Positions 39,773 through 49,572 are shown, numbered from the stretch's first letter. The stretch is 64,000 nucleotides of DNA from Candidatus Thorarchaeota archaeon (GCA_048882045.1 JBHLRZ010000001.1:64001-128000); one strand, 5' to 3'. The notes: generated by a model not told the origin, from the sequence alone. Numbers and translations: made by a program.

Positions 39773-39920
39773 TTCGTTTATTTTTCAAAATCTTGCGCCA
39801 ATAATAAGCGAGTTTGTGGTACAGACCACGTTATAGGTCAAAGATTGTCCTGTTCTTATATTCATTCAGAGAGTGGTCAAACTACGTCATACGTACAATA
39901 TCAAAATGAGATGATGAAAC

Positions 39921-40532
39921 GTGAAGTTAGAAAAACGTGAATTTGGAGGATACCTACTCTTTATCGGAGGATTACAATGGTTCATTGGATTGCTTGCCGC
40001 CGAAGCATGGTATCCCGGATATAGTAGTCGCATAGACTATGTCAGTGAATTAGGCATTGGACCAACAGCGCTGTTGTATAATGCATCAATCTTTGTCCTG
40101 GGAGTGTGTGTAACCACAGCAGCATACTTCTTGCACAGAAGTGGAGTTGGGAAAACCATTCCGTTTCTCATTGGAATGGCAGGGATTGGAGCAATGGGAT
40201 TAGGAATCTTTCCAGGGTATCTCCAACCAATGCATAGCATCGCCACATTGATAGCAATATTTTTTGGTTCAATTTCAGCCATTGCATCGTACAAAATTCA
40301 GATGAAACCAATGGCGTACATCTCGGTGGTTCTAGGACTTGTTTCGTTGGGTTCTGCTATCCTCTTCTTTCCATACTTGGGCTTTCCAACGGGTTCGACT
40401 GTAACATTTCTTGGAATGGCCAAGGGATCACTGGAACGTTGGGCTATCTATCCACTAATCGCATGGCTCTTGGGTACAGGGAGTCATCTGACTGGAGTGT
40501 CAGGAGATCTGAATAAGTCTTCAGACCACTGA
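39921..40532 (+). CDS. DUF998 family membrane protein
   Basis: YPGYS..DYVSELG, GIFP, H, GSLERWAIYP. Confidence 0.8.
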   Translation: MKLEKREFGGYLLFIGGLQWFIGLLAAEAWYPGYSSRIDYVSELGIGPTALLYNASIFVLGVCVTTAAYFLHRSGVGKTIPFLIGMAGIGAMGLGIFPGYLQPMHSIATLIAIFFGSISAIASYKIQMKPMAYISVVLGLVSLGSAILFFPYLGFPTGSTVTFLGMAKGSLERWAIYPLIAWLLGTGSHLTGVSGDLNKSSDH

Positions 40533-40722
40533 GAATAGGTAGTTTAGGATGATTGGTCCTTTCGATATTGAGTTGTTACGTAGTGCGTAACGGACATAAA
40601 GAAGGATTAATCATCTACAAATCTGAGTGGAGTGAAATCCAATGTCAGTTAGTTATAGAAGTCTTCTCTCTAAGACTCAAAAAACTTTCAATGAAAAAAT
40701 CTGGACTAGATTCTAAGGATTT

Positions 40723-41679
40723 GTGATGCCTGTGGTCGAGATACGATTCAATGGACTTAGCCAAGACGATTGTAAGAAACTTGCAATACTCAACATGGAA
40801 ACCAGAAAAGGAACACCTGTCGAATCCAATATGAGATTGGAGGAAGTAACCAAGAGTATCAAAAACCTATCAATAAGTGATGGGTATCGGACAGTGACTG
40901 CACATAAGGATGGGAGAATTGTAGGGTGGCTCTACTACTATATTCAATTCCCACTGATGACCTTCATCAATGGTTTCTATCCAGTAGTTGAATCAGGTTC
41001 TGAAGATGTCGCTCGAGCAATGATTGAGGCTTCCAAGAAAGAAACTGTAGAGAGGGGACATAACAGATTGGAGATAGAGCTGGTTTTCCCATCAGATGTT
41101 CACAGAGAGTACTCAAAGAGTCTTGTTGATCTCTATATTAAATGTGGATTCCAGTTCGCTGCTGAAGAAATACACATGAGATGTAATCTGAACGAATCTA
41201 TTATACCCGAGAGAAACCCACCTGAAGGATATACTCTGAGAATGTTCTTGGACACTCCATATGAAACACTAGAACAAGTGGGATATAGAACCCTGAAAGA
41301 CAGCAAGGAGGGTTTGTTTCTCTCCATGACCCACGATGAGCAGATGGTGACTCTGCAATATTTCTTTGATAAGGAAAAGTCCTACATAGACGATGCATCA
41401 TTGATTCTAGAGAGCAATGGTGAAATTATGGGATTCGTGATTACACGAATTGGAGATGATGATGAACCAGAGATTGGACCTATCGGACTTGTCCCTGAAG
41501 CTAGAGGTAAAGGACTTGGGAGTTTTCTGCTTGTACGTGCACTGAAGAGTTTGAAAGACTCAGGTTATACCTCAGTATCTCTTGACACAACTGTAACAAA
41601 TCATCCAGCTCAAAGACTCTACAGGAAATATGGGTTCGAAGATGTATACTATAAGCAGTTTTACTTTTGGTCACCGTAA
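40723..41679 (+). CDS. Tandem GNAT acetyltransferase
   Basis: LVPEARGKGLG, NHPAQRLYRKYGF. Confidence 0.88.
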   Translation: MMPVVEIRFNGLSQDDCKKLAILNMETRKGTPVESNMRLEEVTKSIKNLSISDGYRTVTAHKDGRIVGWLYYYIQFPLMTFINGFYPVVESGSEDVARAMIEASKKETVERGHNRLEIELVFPSDVHREYSKSLVDLYIKCGFQFAAEEIHMRCNLNESIIPERNPPEGYTLRMFLDTPYETLEQVGYRTLKDSKEGLFLSMTHDEQMVTLQYFFDKEKSYIDDASLILESNGEIMGFVITRIGDDDEPEIGPIGLVPEARGKGLGSFLLVRALKSLKDSGYTSVSLDTTVTNHPAQRLYRKYGFEDVYYKQFYFWSP

Positions 41680-41752
41680 TCGTAAATTCGAACACGAAAA
41701 GTGCATACCATCATATAGCCGAAGCTCTATATCCTTGATGAGGCATGAACAA

Positions 41753-42280
41753 ATGTCCGAAGCCAAGAAGACAATCACTTTAGAAAGAAATGAACACCTC
41801 TCACCTCGAATAGGACAGCTCTATTCTATGATGGAGAGAACGCGTGAGAATCTACTAAGGCGTATAGAATCACTCTCAAAGGAAACGATTGACTTCACTC
41901 CAAAACCAAGGCTGATTGAATCTATTGGTACTCTGCTTATCCACATCGCGGCAATAGAATTTAGTTGGATCTTTGAGGATATTGTTGGGAAAGAGATGGA
42001 GTATGAGAAGTGGAAATATGGATTCTCTCTTAGAGAGAATATTGACCAAATAGAGGGAGAAGATGTCGAGTTCTATCTTTCTCGACTCAATGAAGTTCGA
42101 CGAGAGGTGTTCGACTTCCTGAAGACTCTTTCTGACAAAGATCTCGATTCACTAGTTGATGTGGAATCTGAAAAAGTGAGTGTGGAGTGGATCCTCTTTC
42201 ATCTTATTGAGCATGAAGCCATGCATATTGGGCAGGTTTCAGTTCTAATGAGATTGTGGAAAGCTCAAGATACAGCTTGA
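41753..42280 (+). CDS. DinB/DUF664 family protein
   Basis: SIGTLLIHIA, HLIEHEAMHIGQ. Confidence 0.85.
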   Translation: MSEAKKTITLERNEHLSPRIGQLYSMMERTRENLLRRIESLSKETIDFTPKPRLIESIGTLLIHIAAIEFSWIFEDIVGKEMEYEKWKYGFSLRENIDQIEGEDVEFYLSRLNEVRREVFDFLKTLSDKDLDSLVDVESEKVSVEWILFHLIEHEAMHIGQVSVLMRLWKAQDTA

Positions 42281-42470
42281 GATTCAAGAAAAACATTCGA
42301 AAGAGCCTTTGGAAATATAAGCGATCTAGAACAACACTTCTTTCATTATGGAAAATGATGTACAAACATTTGTCGGAATACAATCATGATGCACGTTTTG
42401 GATGAACATTTTCGGAAACCTCATATCAATCTGAATACATACGTTTAGGAGATAATCGCGAGGTGATTAT

Positions 42471-42758
42471 ATGAAATATATCGTATTCTGGGAGTATGAA
42501 CCAAAGGAGATTGACCAAGCTGTCAAGAAACTTGTAGCGTTTAGAGATATGATTAAGAAAGACCCTGACAAATATGCAAAACCCGTTACACCCAATTACA
42601 CTATGAGTGTCGGATTCAAGGGATTTCAACTGTTTGAAGCCACAGACCCTGAACAGCTTGCACGAATGGTGCTTCATTACAGACCAGAAGTGAAGTTTGA
42701 GATTGTGCACATCACTGAAACAAAGAAGACAATGAAAATCTACGATGAGTCAAAATAG
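42471..42758 (+). CDS. DUF3303-like small protein
   Basis: MKYIVFWE...GFQLFEATDPEQL; SD GAGGTGA. Confidence 0.65.
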   Translation: MKYIVFWEYEPKEIDQAVKKLVAFRDMIKKDPDKYAKPVTPNYTMSVGFKGFQLFEATDPEQLARMVLHYRPEVKFEIVHITETKKTMKIYDESK

Positions 42759-42930
42759 TGATTTCTTCTAGATTAGAGTTAATCCAACCGACTGGGCATT
42801 AGAGCCCTTCCTCAGAAACCAGTAGTAACTCAAACAATTAGTTTCTTTTTAACGAGAGCAAGAAAGAATCCTCAAAATCCATCTTCGAATATGATTCCGA
42901 ACCTCTTCAGACTTTGAAATTTAACGGAAA

Positions 42931-42970
42931 TAAAAACAAGAGAGCGAAGGGGGCACTAAGCCCACCTTCG
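42931..42970 (-). terminator. Hairpin plus T-tract downstream of actin
   Basis: Minus strand CGAAGGTGGGC-TTAGT-GCCCCCTTCG followed by CTCTCTTGTTTTT. Confidence 0.65.
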
Positions 42971-42986
42971 TTGAACTATGTATATA

Positions 42987-44126
42987 CTAGATACAGCGGT
43001 GTATCACTTCGGGTCCTACTTCCTCGAACTCCTTCTTGGACACCCACATCTTCTGGAATGTCTTGAGTGAGCCGAGAATGCTTCCACCAATCCAGACAGA
43101 GTACTGCCTCTCGGGTGGAGCGATGATTCGGACCTCGATGTTCTCTGGGACTAGCTCGGTGATCTCCTTGTGGAGTCTCTCCTTGAGTCCTGGGAACATG
43201 GTTGAACCGCCTGAGAGCACAATGTTGGCGTATAGGTCACGTCTCAGGTCAACGTCACAAGCCTTGATTGACTCGACAATGTGGTCATCGAGTGGCATGG
43301 TGTCTAGACCAATGCCGCTTGGGTTGAAGAACAGCTCGGGTGCCTGGAACCTCTCTGCACCAATTGTGATTACCTCACCATCTGGTAACATGTAGGGCTT
43401 GTCAACACCTGCCTTGTCGGCAACTGTCCTTTCCCTCTCGGGATCAAGAGCAACGTAACATAGCTTCTCTTTGATATCTCTGACAATCTCTTTTTCTGCA
43501 CCGCTTACAAATGAGTAGCCAGCCTGCCTGAGCAGTCTGCGCAGATACTCGGTGATGTCCCTACCAGCAAGGTCAATTCTTCGAATGGCGTGGTTGATTG
43601 AAAAGCCCTCATAGATTGGTACTATGTGGGTAACACCGTCGCCTGAGTCAATGACCAGACCAGTGGTCCTTCCGGATGCGTACAATGAGAGTACGGCCTG
43701 CGTGGCAACGTACACTGCTGGTACACCAAAGTTGTCGAACATGACAGATGCCATGCGCTCTCTGTTTTCTCTAGGGTTGAATGGGGCTTCCGTAAGAAGA
43801 ACTGGATTCTCGCTAGGATCTACCTTCAAGTCGTTGTAGAATGTGTAGCTCCAAATCTTCTCGATAGCGTCCCAGTCTTCCACCTTACCATGAGCGATTG
43901 GGTAGACCAGACGGAGTACACCACGAAGGTTGATTGCCTCTTCACCAATGTAGTAGTCACGTGTATAGTGATCCACGTCGGTCATGATTGACTCGTAACG
44001 TGGGTAACCAATCAGTGTGGGCCAAACGCTGCGTGGCTGATCTTCGCCGGCGTAACCGTTCTTGCTCAAACCTGTACCATTGTCGATGACAATGGGTTTT
44101 GCGCCAAGAAACTCGTCTTCAGCCAT
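42987..44126 (-). CDS. Actin (Asgard Lokiactin-type)
   Basis: [73 protein letters not shown]. Confidence 0.98.
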   Translation of the reverse strand: MAEDEFLGAKPIVIDNGTGLSKNGYAGEDQPRSVWPTLIGYPRYESIMTDVDHYTRDYYIGEEAINLRGVLRLVYPIAHGKVEDWDAIEKIWSYTFYNDLKVDPSENPVLLTEAPFNPRENRERMASVMFDNFGVPAVYVATQAVLSLYASGRTTGLVIDSGDGVTHIVPIYEGFSINHAIRRIDLAGRDITEYLRRLLRQAGYSFVSGAEKEIVRDIKEKLCYVALDPERERTVADKAGVDKPYMLPDGEVITIGAERFQAPELFFNPSGIGLDTMPLDDHIVESIKACDVDLRRDLYANIVLSGGSTMFPGLKERLHKEITELVPENIEVRIIAPPERQYSVWIGGSILGSLKTFQKMWVSKKEFEEVGPEVIHRCI

Positions 44127-44231
44127 TTTCTATCGGTCCTCGTTTGTGATTAGTTCAAAGTCCTTGAGACCTTGTTCTAACATTTTGTTGATGCTTATTC
44201 TATTTAAGGATACGTCCGTCAAACTCGGATT

Positions 44232-44263
44232 TTTTCGAAAAGTATTTGAATTATATATATAAT
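44232..44263. promoter_or_regulatory. Palindromic elements in the actin / wHTH-CARF divergent intergenic region
   Basis: TTTTCGAAAA (44232-44241) and ATTATATATATAAT (44250-44263) are perfect palindromes. Confidence 0.45.
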
Positions 44264-44372
44264 GCCGTGTTTTTGGTCCATTTTTTGAGGTTCTCACGGC
44301 AATACCTTCGATAAGTATAAAAGGTTAATACTCGTAATTACTAGCTAATACATCCGCGGGTCGTGTCAAAGG

Positions 44373-45146
44373 ATGCTCGGAAGGACCATTGAAGATATAG
44401 TTCGTGAAGAAATCGAAACTGTCAGAGCCAGAAGAACGATTCTTGATCACCTGGAAGGTGGACTGAAGACGGGAGCAGAACTCAGGGAAAAGATTGCTAC
44501 TGACATCAAGGCTCAGATGGTACGGGACGGAGCTAGTAAGCGAGAGATTGCAAAGGTAAATGTGACAAGCCCCAAGCTCTATCATAACACAAGACGCTTG
44601 GAAGAACTTGGAATTATAGTCAGCTGGAAACAGTCTCAATACCGCCTTTTCGAACTAGTTCCCCGGGCAGTACTCCCGGTTCGTAGGGCTCTAAAGATAT
44701 CAAAACCGTTAATGTATGTTACTTCGCTAAGCAACCCTGAAGAACAGCGACCCTTTGTGCAGTGGTTGGCAAACAATCCGCATTTCAACCCAAAAAAGCT
44801 CCTTGTCTTTGTGGAAGCTGTCCACTGGACTCGAGGAGTTTCACGTATACTTGACAGGTTCATTCCCGATGATGCTTTTCGAGTATGGACAACAGAGTGG
44901 GTAGAAGTGCCTGATACTGTAACAGGAACTCGAGAAGCACAAGAATATGGAGACCTCCAAGGGACGTGCGATTTCATTGAGGACACTCTTCTAAAACACT
45001 TGTTCGATTACGATTTTGTATTCGACCTAACCCTGGGACCAACGCTTGTGGCACTCGCTATGGCCAAGTTGGCAACAGAATACTCAATTAATGCATTTCA
45101 TGTTACAAACTATGACGCCAGCGATGCGGAGCTTAGTTACTATTGA
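44373..45146 (+). CDS. Winged-HTH + CARF-like Rossmann domain regulator
   Basis: N-terminal wHTH (SPKLYHNTRRLEELGII); C-terminal LMYVTSLS...PKKLLVFV...VFDLTLGPTLVALAM...FHV matches CARF/Csa3 topology. Confidence 0.7.
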   Translation: MLGRTIEDIVREEIETVRARRTILDHLEGGLKTGAELREKIATDIKAQMVRDGASKREIAKVNVTSPKLYHNTRRLEELGIIVSWKQSQYRLFELVPRAVLPVRRALKISKPLMYVTSLSNPEEQRPFVQWLANNPHFNPKKLLVFVEAVHWTRGVSRILDRFIPDDAFRVWTTEWVEVPDTVTGTREAQEYGDLQGTCDFIEDTLLKHLFDYDFVFDLTLGPTLVALAMAKLATEYSINAFHVTNYDASDAELSYY

Positions 45147-45159
45147 TGGATGTGATGAT

Positions 45160-45855
45160 ATGGTAGATGACTCTGATCTCACGCTTTCTTGGGAGCCCAT
45201 TCAGCTCATGAAACGCATGGATTTGTTAGCTGAAACTGTTGAACAAACACGCATCAACACTTCAAAGAATAACACTCGCCTGCTGAACAAGCTAGAAAAG
45301 TGGAAACAAGATATCACTTACATTCAGGATTCCCTAAAGCGTATCGAGAAGATGCTTGTTCCAAAGTTGGAGAAGATTCTGAAAATAGGTTTCCGAAACA
45401 AAGAGCTGTTCCAAGTAGCTATGTTCCAACCAAGCACGAAGAATTTGTTTTTGGAACTCAAAACACAATATAGACGAACTGATTATGACCCACTAGGGTC
45501 TGATAGATTCGCTGAAATGATAAACCTCAGTGAGATGGCCAAGGTTCTTGCACTGGTTGGTGACGCAGTGATATCGTCTGCAGTCCTCCAACACCTCTGG
45601 GAACCTCATCTTGGGGATGCTGGTAAGATAACTCAGAAGAAAGCGAAAATAGTGAGCAACAATCACATGGCGAAGTTGTGCGACAAGTGGAAATTATACA
45701 ATTATCGAATACACTTTGATCCTGAAACCCCCAGTAAATCAGAGATGGATCATGATAAGGGGACTCTGGTGGAAGCTATCTATGGGATCATATACATTGA
45801 GCATGAGTACAAGATGATACACAAACAGGTATTACATCTCATCAATACTCGGTGA
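45160..45855 (+). CDS. RNase III-domain protein without dsRBD (Mini-III-like)
   Basis: LEKILKIGFRNKELFQVAM, LALVGDAV, IVSNNHMA, GTLVEAIYGIIY; start refined to ATG 45160. Confidence 0.85.
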   Translation: MVDDSDLTLSWEPIQLMKRMDLLAETVEQTRINTSKNNTRLLNKLEKWKQDITYIQDSLKRIEKMLVPKLEKILKIGFRNKELFQVAMFQPSTKNLFLELKTQYRRTDYDPLGSDRFAEMINLSEMAKVLALVGDAVISSAVLQHLWEPHLGDAGKITQKKAKIVSNNHMAKLCDKWKLYNYRIHFDPETPSKSEMDHDKGTLVEAIYGIIYIEHEYKMIHKQVLHLINTR

Positions 45856-47365
45856 GATCATACTGGTCTTCTCTATGTTTCGGCAATGCGGATACAGGGA
45901 ATTCTTTCTCAAACCTTCGGCGAACCTTACCAGCGATTTTTGGATCGGAGTAGATTCTTACAGAGGGTATAGTTTCAGTTTGTTGCCAGAGAAGTTGCAT
46001 CAAAGGTCTGCCCTCTTCGGTGTCATCCAACTCAACTAAATCGAATCCAGCATCTCCGCCAACTAGCAAGGGAATCTTTGCTAGTTTCTTCTTTCCGAAG
46101 GATGGGATGACAACATCAACAATCACGCTACCAGGTTCATCTGACAGGTCTTCTTCTATCGCAATCAGCTTATTGATGTCCTTGGAACTCTCGCGAAACT
46201 TCTTCTCGATTTCTTCATTGAATGATGTGAGTTGTCTTGACAAGACAACCTTGAACAGTCTACGATACCGAATTCGAGCTGCATAGTCCCGAACAAAATC
46301 AATCTCAGAGTTTTCGAGCCATCTGAAGAGATCCCCATCAGTCATCCTTGTAAACATTCCAACACATTCGTTCCGCGAAAGATTTTCTTCACGCATTCTG
46401 AAATAAGTGGCCTTGGAAATCACAGCCTCGGCTAGCTTGACTGCATGATGCAAGTAGAGATCACTAAACATCCAATTTCGACTGATGATCAGCGCTTCCA
46501 GTGAATGAATTGCCTTCAGCATGAAAGCACGGACGTACTTTCCTTCTGAGTTCTTTACTACACGATTGGTGAGTAGAACTCTTTCAGCGGGAAAGATTCC
46601 AAGTTGAACACCACTGAAATGAGCGTCGCGAATCAAATAATCAGTCTTATCAATGTCCAGAGGGTGGTCAAGAAACTCTGAAAGCAAGTCCTTGATAGGA
46701 TTGTTTGATTGTCGTTTGAGGATGTTGACGACATCTTTGGGGTCGATGTCATTTTGAGTCAGTGTGTCTTTGAGGCTACTGTTGAGAATGAGAAATGTAC
46801 CAAGATCAAGATGGTCCAACCCAGCCCATGCATGAAGTGCAAATTCAATGGTGTGAGATGTTGGTGGATGTCCCACATCATGGAGTAGGGCTCCAGCACG
46901 GAATAGTTTCTGGTGATAGTCGTCGAGAAGCTTGGAAAGTGGTTCAAAACACGCTTTGTCAAGGTCGTCACAGTAGTTAACGACGCGAATGGATTTCTGT
47001 GCTAAGAAGTTTGTACCAATACAATGCTCAAACCGTGTGTGAGTGGCTCCTGGATAGACAAGATGAGCAGGACCAAGTTGCCGAACATATCTGAGCCTGA
47101 GCATCTCCCATGTAGAGATGACGTCAAGCTCCCATGGTTCAAACAGAATTGCACCATGAACTGGATCTTGTACAGCTTTTTGTCGAGTATGTCTCTCACC
47201 TATTGAGATCATTCGGTTGTGTTTTTCGATTCTCTTCTGAATCTTCATCCAAGTTTCGTCCTTAGATTCCTTGGCTGAAGTAACTTCAGATTCCCTAAGT
47301 CCTGTGAGACGAATCAATCTAATTATTTCTGTATCAAGATCGTTTTTCAAACTCATCAGTCCCAT
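45842..47365 (-). CDS. HD-domain phosphohydrolase, SAMHD1/dNTPase-like
   Basis: DPVHG, RLRYVRQLG, YPGATHTRFEH, LLHDVGH, DKTDYLIRD, LYLHH. Confidence 0.9.
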   Translation of the reverse strand: MGLMSLKNDLDTEIIRLIRLTGLRESEVTSAKESKDETWMKIQKRIEKHNRMISIGERHTRQKAVQDPVHGAILFEPWELDVISTWEMLRLRYVRQLGPAHLVYPGATHTRFEHCIGTNFLAQKSIRVVNYCDDLDKACFEPLSKLLDDYHQKLFRAGALLHDVGHPPTSHTIEFALHAWAGLDHLDLGTFLILNSSLKDTLTQNDIDPKDVVNILKRQSNNPIKDLLSEFLDHPLDIDKTDYLIRDAHFSGVQLGIFPAERVLLTNRVVKNSEGKYVRAFMLKAIHSLEALIISRNWMFSDLYLHHAVKLAEAVISKATYFRMREENLSRNECVGMFTRMTDGDLFRWLENSEIDFVRDYAARIRYRRLFKVVLSRQLTSFNEEIEKKFRESSKDINKLIAIEEDLSDEPGSVIVDVVIPSFGKKKLAKIPLLVGGDAGFDLVELDDTEEGRPLMQLLWQQTETIPSVRIYSDPKIAGKVRRRFEKEFPVSALPKHREDQYDLTEY

Positions 47366-47407
47366 GCCTGGGAAGAAAATAGCCTGTATTTAAGACATGA
47401 CGATGTG

Positions 47408-47953
47408 TCAAGTTAGTCTTCGAGACTTTTTGACACGTTCTCTCGCAGACATGTACTCGAGTGTGTTCTCGGTTTCCATAGCATTGCAGTACTCATTTGG
47501 ATTGCAGTAGCCCCAACCTCTCATCCTGTTGCATGATGTCGACCCAATAGCCTTGTAGAATGGAGCGTCGATCAGGTTCGCCTTGGAAAGGTAGGTTGCA
47601 ACTGTCTTTATGCTCTTCTTGGCAAATGCAAGTCTGATACATGGTGGTGCTCTTTGTACAGTTTCCCATTTTATTAACTTGAATAACTGTGACCAGAGCA
47701 AGCATCTCTTTGCTACATACAGAAAATCGCACTTTGGACAGCATGCATGATGAATAGAGAGTTCACAGAGCTCATCACGTATGGGTTTTGTCAATCCAGA
47801 ACCTCTCAGAAGATGGAACTTGATCTGAGTAAATCGTTCAGGAGTAAATGTACCAAATTCTCTAATGAAAGATTTCAGCTCCTCTGTAACAGTACGGGGA
47901 CTCTCTGTCCACTCCTCCTCACTCAAGGAGGGAGGTCTATTCACATCTTTCAT
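47408..47953 (-). CDS. Stand-alone primase large-subunit C-terminal Fe-S-like domain protein
   Basis: APPCI ... TSCNRMRGWGYCNPNEYC...NTLEY resembles the PriL-CTD pattern PPC...SC..M...C...C...NPL.Y. Confidence 0.6.
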   Translation of the reverse strand: MKDVNRPPSLSEEEWTESPRTVTEELKSFIREFGTFTPERFTQIKFHLLRGSGLTKPIRDELCELSIHHACCPKCDFLYVAKRCLLWSQLFKLIKWETVQRAPPCIRLAFAKKSIKTVATYLSKANLIDAPFYKAIGSTSCNRMRGWGYCNPNEYCNAMETENTLEYMSARERVKKSRRLT

Positions 47954-48086
47954 TGCATCATCTCATTCCGCAAACAATGACTTAAGCTCATCAGTGTTCA
48001 AACACAACGCGTGATTAGTATTCTGATGGAACAAGTTTTAATTAGACCCCAAGGTCAGTAATCAATCACCTGAGAGGACCCTCATT

Positions 48087-49100
48087 ATGACCAAGCTTGA
48101 ACTGCTAGCAAAGGTTCCATTCAGAGAAGTAATCACTTCAATCAATCTAGTTGACATGACAGAAGATGGGAGGGCCAATCTAATAGTTTCCACCCAGAAT
48201 GGAGACATTAGAATCTATGAATATATCGAGGGGAAAACCAAGTTGGAAGAGATAGGGTTGTTGAGCGACCTTCCTCCCCTCTCAGCGATAGGAATTGGAG
48301 ATGTTATTGGTAATGGCGTACCAGACTTCGTTGTTGGAGGCGTTGACAACAATCTCAGGGTCATTTCATTCATAGACAAGAAGCTTGATGTGATTGCTAC
48401 AACACCTCTTGGAAGCTTGCCTACTGCAGTTGGTGTCCTAAATGTTCTATCAGATGATAGAGCAGAAGTCATGGTTGCATCATCAGATGGGACACTAAGA
48501 TGTTATGGATGGTTTGACATTGCATTAGACAAACTGGCTCACAAAGTTCTTGAGCGTCCAATTTTCTCGATGCAGCCTCTGATGAGCAAAGGCCTCCCAT
48601 TCAGTCGTTTCGTCTTTGGGGATGATTCAGGACATCTCTTCGTTTACCAATATGCTGATGATAGACTTCATGAGAGAGCAAAGATCAGTGTAGGTGGAGA
48701 GGTCACTCTAGTGGCCTCTGGAGACATGACTCAAGACGGAAATAGTGAAGTCATGACAGTATCAGATGAGAGAAAACTAACTCTCTTGGGAATAGTCAAA
48801 GGAGCAATGGAGAGGTTTGATTCTGTAAAAGCACCCAAGCATGTTACTTCTCTAAAGATTGGCAAGTTTTGGGAAAACGGAAATGGTCAGATTATTGCCA
48901 GTCACGCAAACTCAACCATTACTGTTTTGAGTCTTGTAGGAAATCGTATCATGGAAGATACATCGCTCAAGACAAAAGGAAAGTCAGTAGAGTCTCACAT
49001 CAGCCTTGGAGACATTGTAGGTGATTCCAAGTATGAGATTGTTCAGACAGTCGGAACCGATCTATTTCTCATACGAGTTGTAGAAAAGGATGTGTCTTAG
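48087..49100 (+). CDS. Cytoplasmic FG-GAP-like beta-propeller (BBS2/ITFG2-like)
   Basis: About seven repeats, e.g. DMTEDGRANLIV, GDVIGNGVPDFVVG, GDMTQDGNSEVM, GDIVGDSKYEIV; no signal peptide. Confidence 0.75.
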   Translation: MTKLELLAKVPFREVITSINLVDMTEDGRANLIVSTQNGDIRIYEYIEGKTKLEEIGLLSDLPPLSAIGIGDVIGNGVPDFVVGGVDNNLRVISFIDKKLDVIATTPLGSLPTAVGVLNVLSDDRAEVMVASSDGTLRCYGWFDIALDKLAHKVLERPIFSMQPLMSKGLPFSRFVFGDDSGHLFVYQYADDRLHERAKISVGGEVTLVASGDMTQDGNSEVMTVSDERKLTLLGIVKGAMERFDSVKAPKHVTSLKIGKFWENGNGQIIASHANSTITVLSLVGNRIMEDTSLKTKGKSVESHISLGDIVGDSKYEIVQTVGTDLFLIRVVEKDVS

Positions 49101-49516
49101 GTTAGGTTGGGCATGAACACTTCATTTGGTTGTAAGACCTTGATTGTCTTCACACTAGTGTTTGCCTTAATTTTCGGCACAACATTGTCCTCGACCCAAT
49201 TTTTGACGTTTAAGCGAGCGTCATTGATAGTTTCACCCTCAGCATTCATGTCAAATCTGATGAAGAGATGATAGGGTTCTCTCTCTGTGAAGTCCTTCTT
49301 TATCATGGCCCAGAAAGCCTTAGATCCTGCTGGAACATCTATTCTTCCGAGAATCTCAGACCACGATTTGCCTTCTATTCGTTTTGAAACAATAGCGAGG
49401 TCTTTCAATTCAGGTAATTCCTTTAGTGCTGCTAGCACTTTGTCCCCCGTTTTCTTCGTGTCAGAAATATCGTCGAACTCTGCAATGAGATAGTGATCAG
49501 CTCGGAACTTAGCCAT
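49097..49516 (-). CDS. Hypothetical protein
   Basis: 139-aa ORF with SD GGAG; no recognised motif. Confidence 0.7.
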   Translation of the reverse strand: MAKFRADHYLIAEFDDISDTKKTGDKVLAALKELPELKDLAIVSKRIEGKSWSEILGRIDVPAGSKAFWAMIKKDFTEREPYHLFIRFDMNAEGETINDARLNVKNWVEDNVVPKIKANTSVKTIKVLQPNEVFMPNLT

Positions 49517-49572
49517 GTGTTCTTTACTCCATCCTGTGAATCGTAGGCGGCCTGATTGCTTTGACTCTTAAA

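Noticed and set aside
45144-45160. Selenocysteine readthrough or CARF-RNase III fusion at the TGA
   Set aside because: A second in-frame TGA follows three codons later, RNase III is in another frame with its own ATG, and no SECIS-like hairpin was noticed
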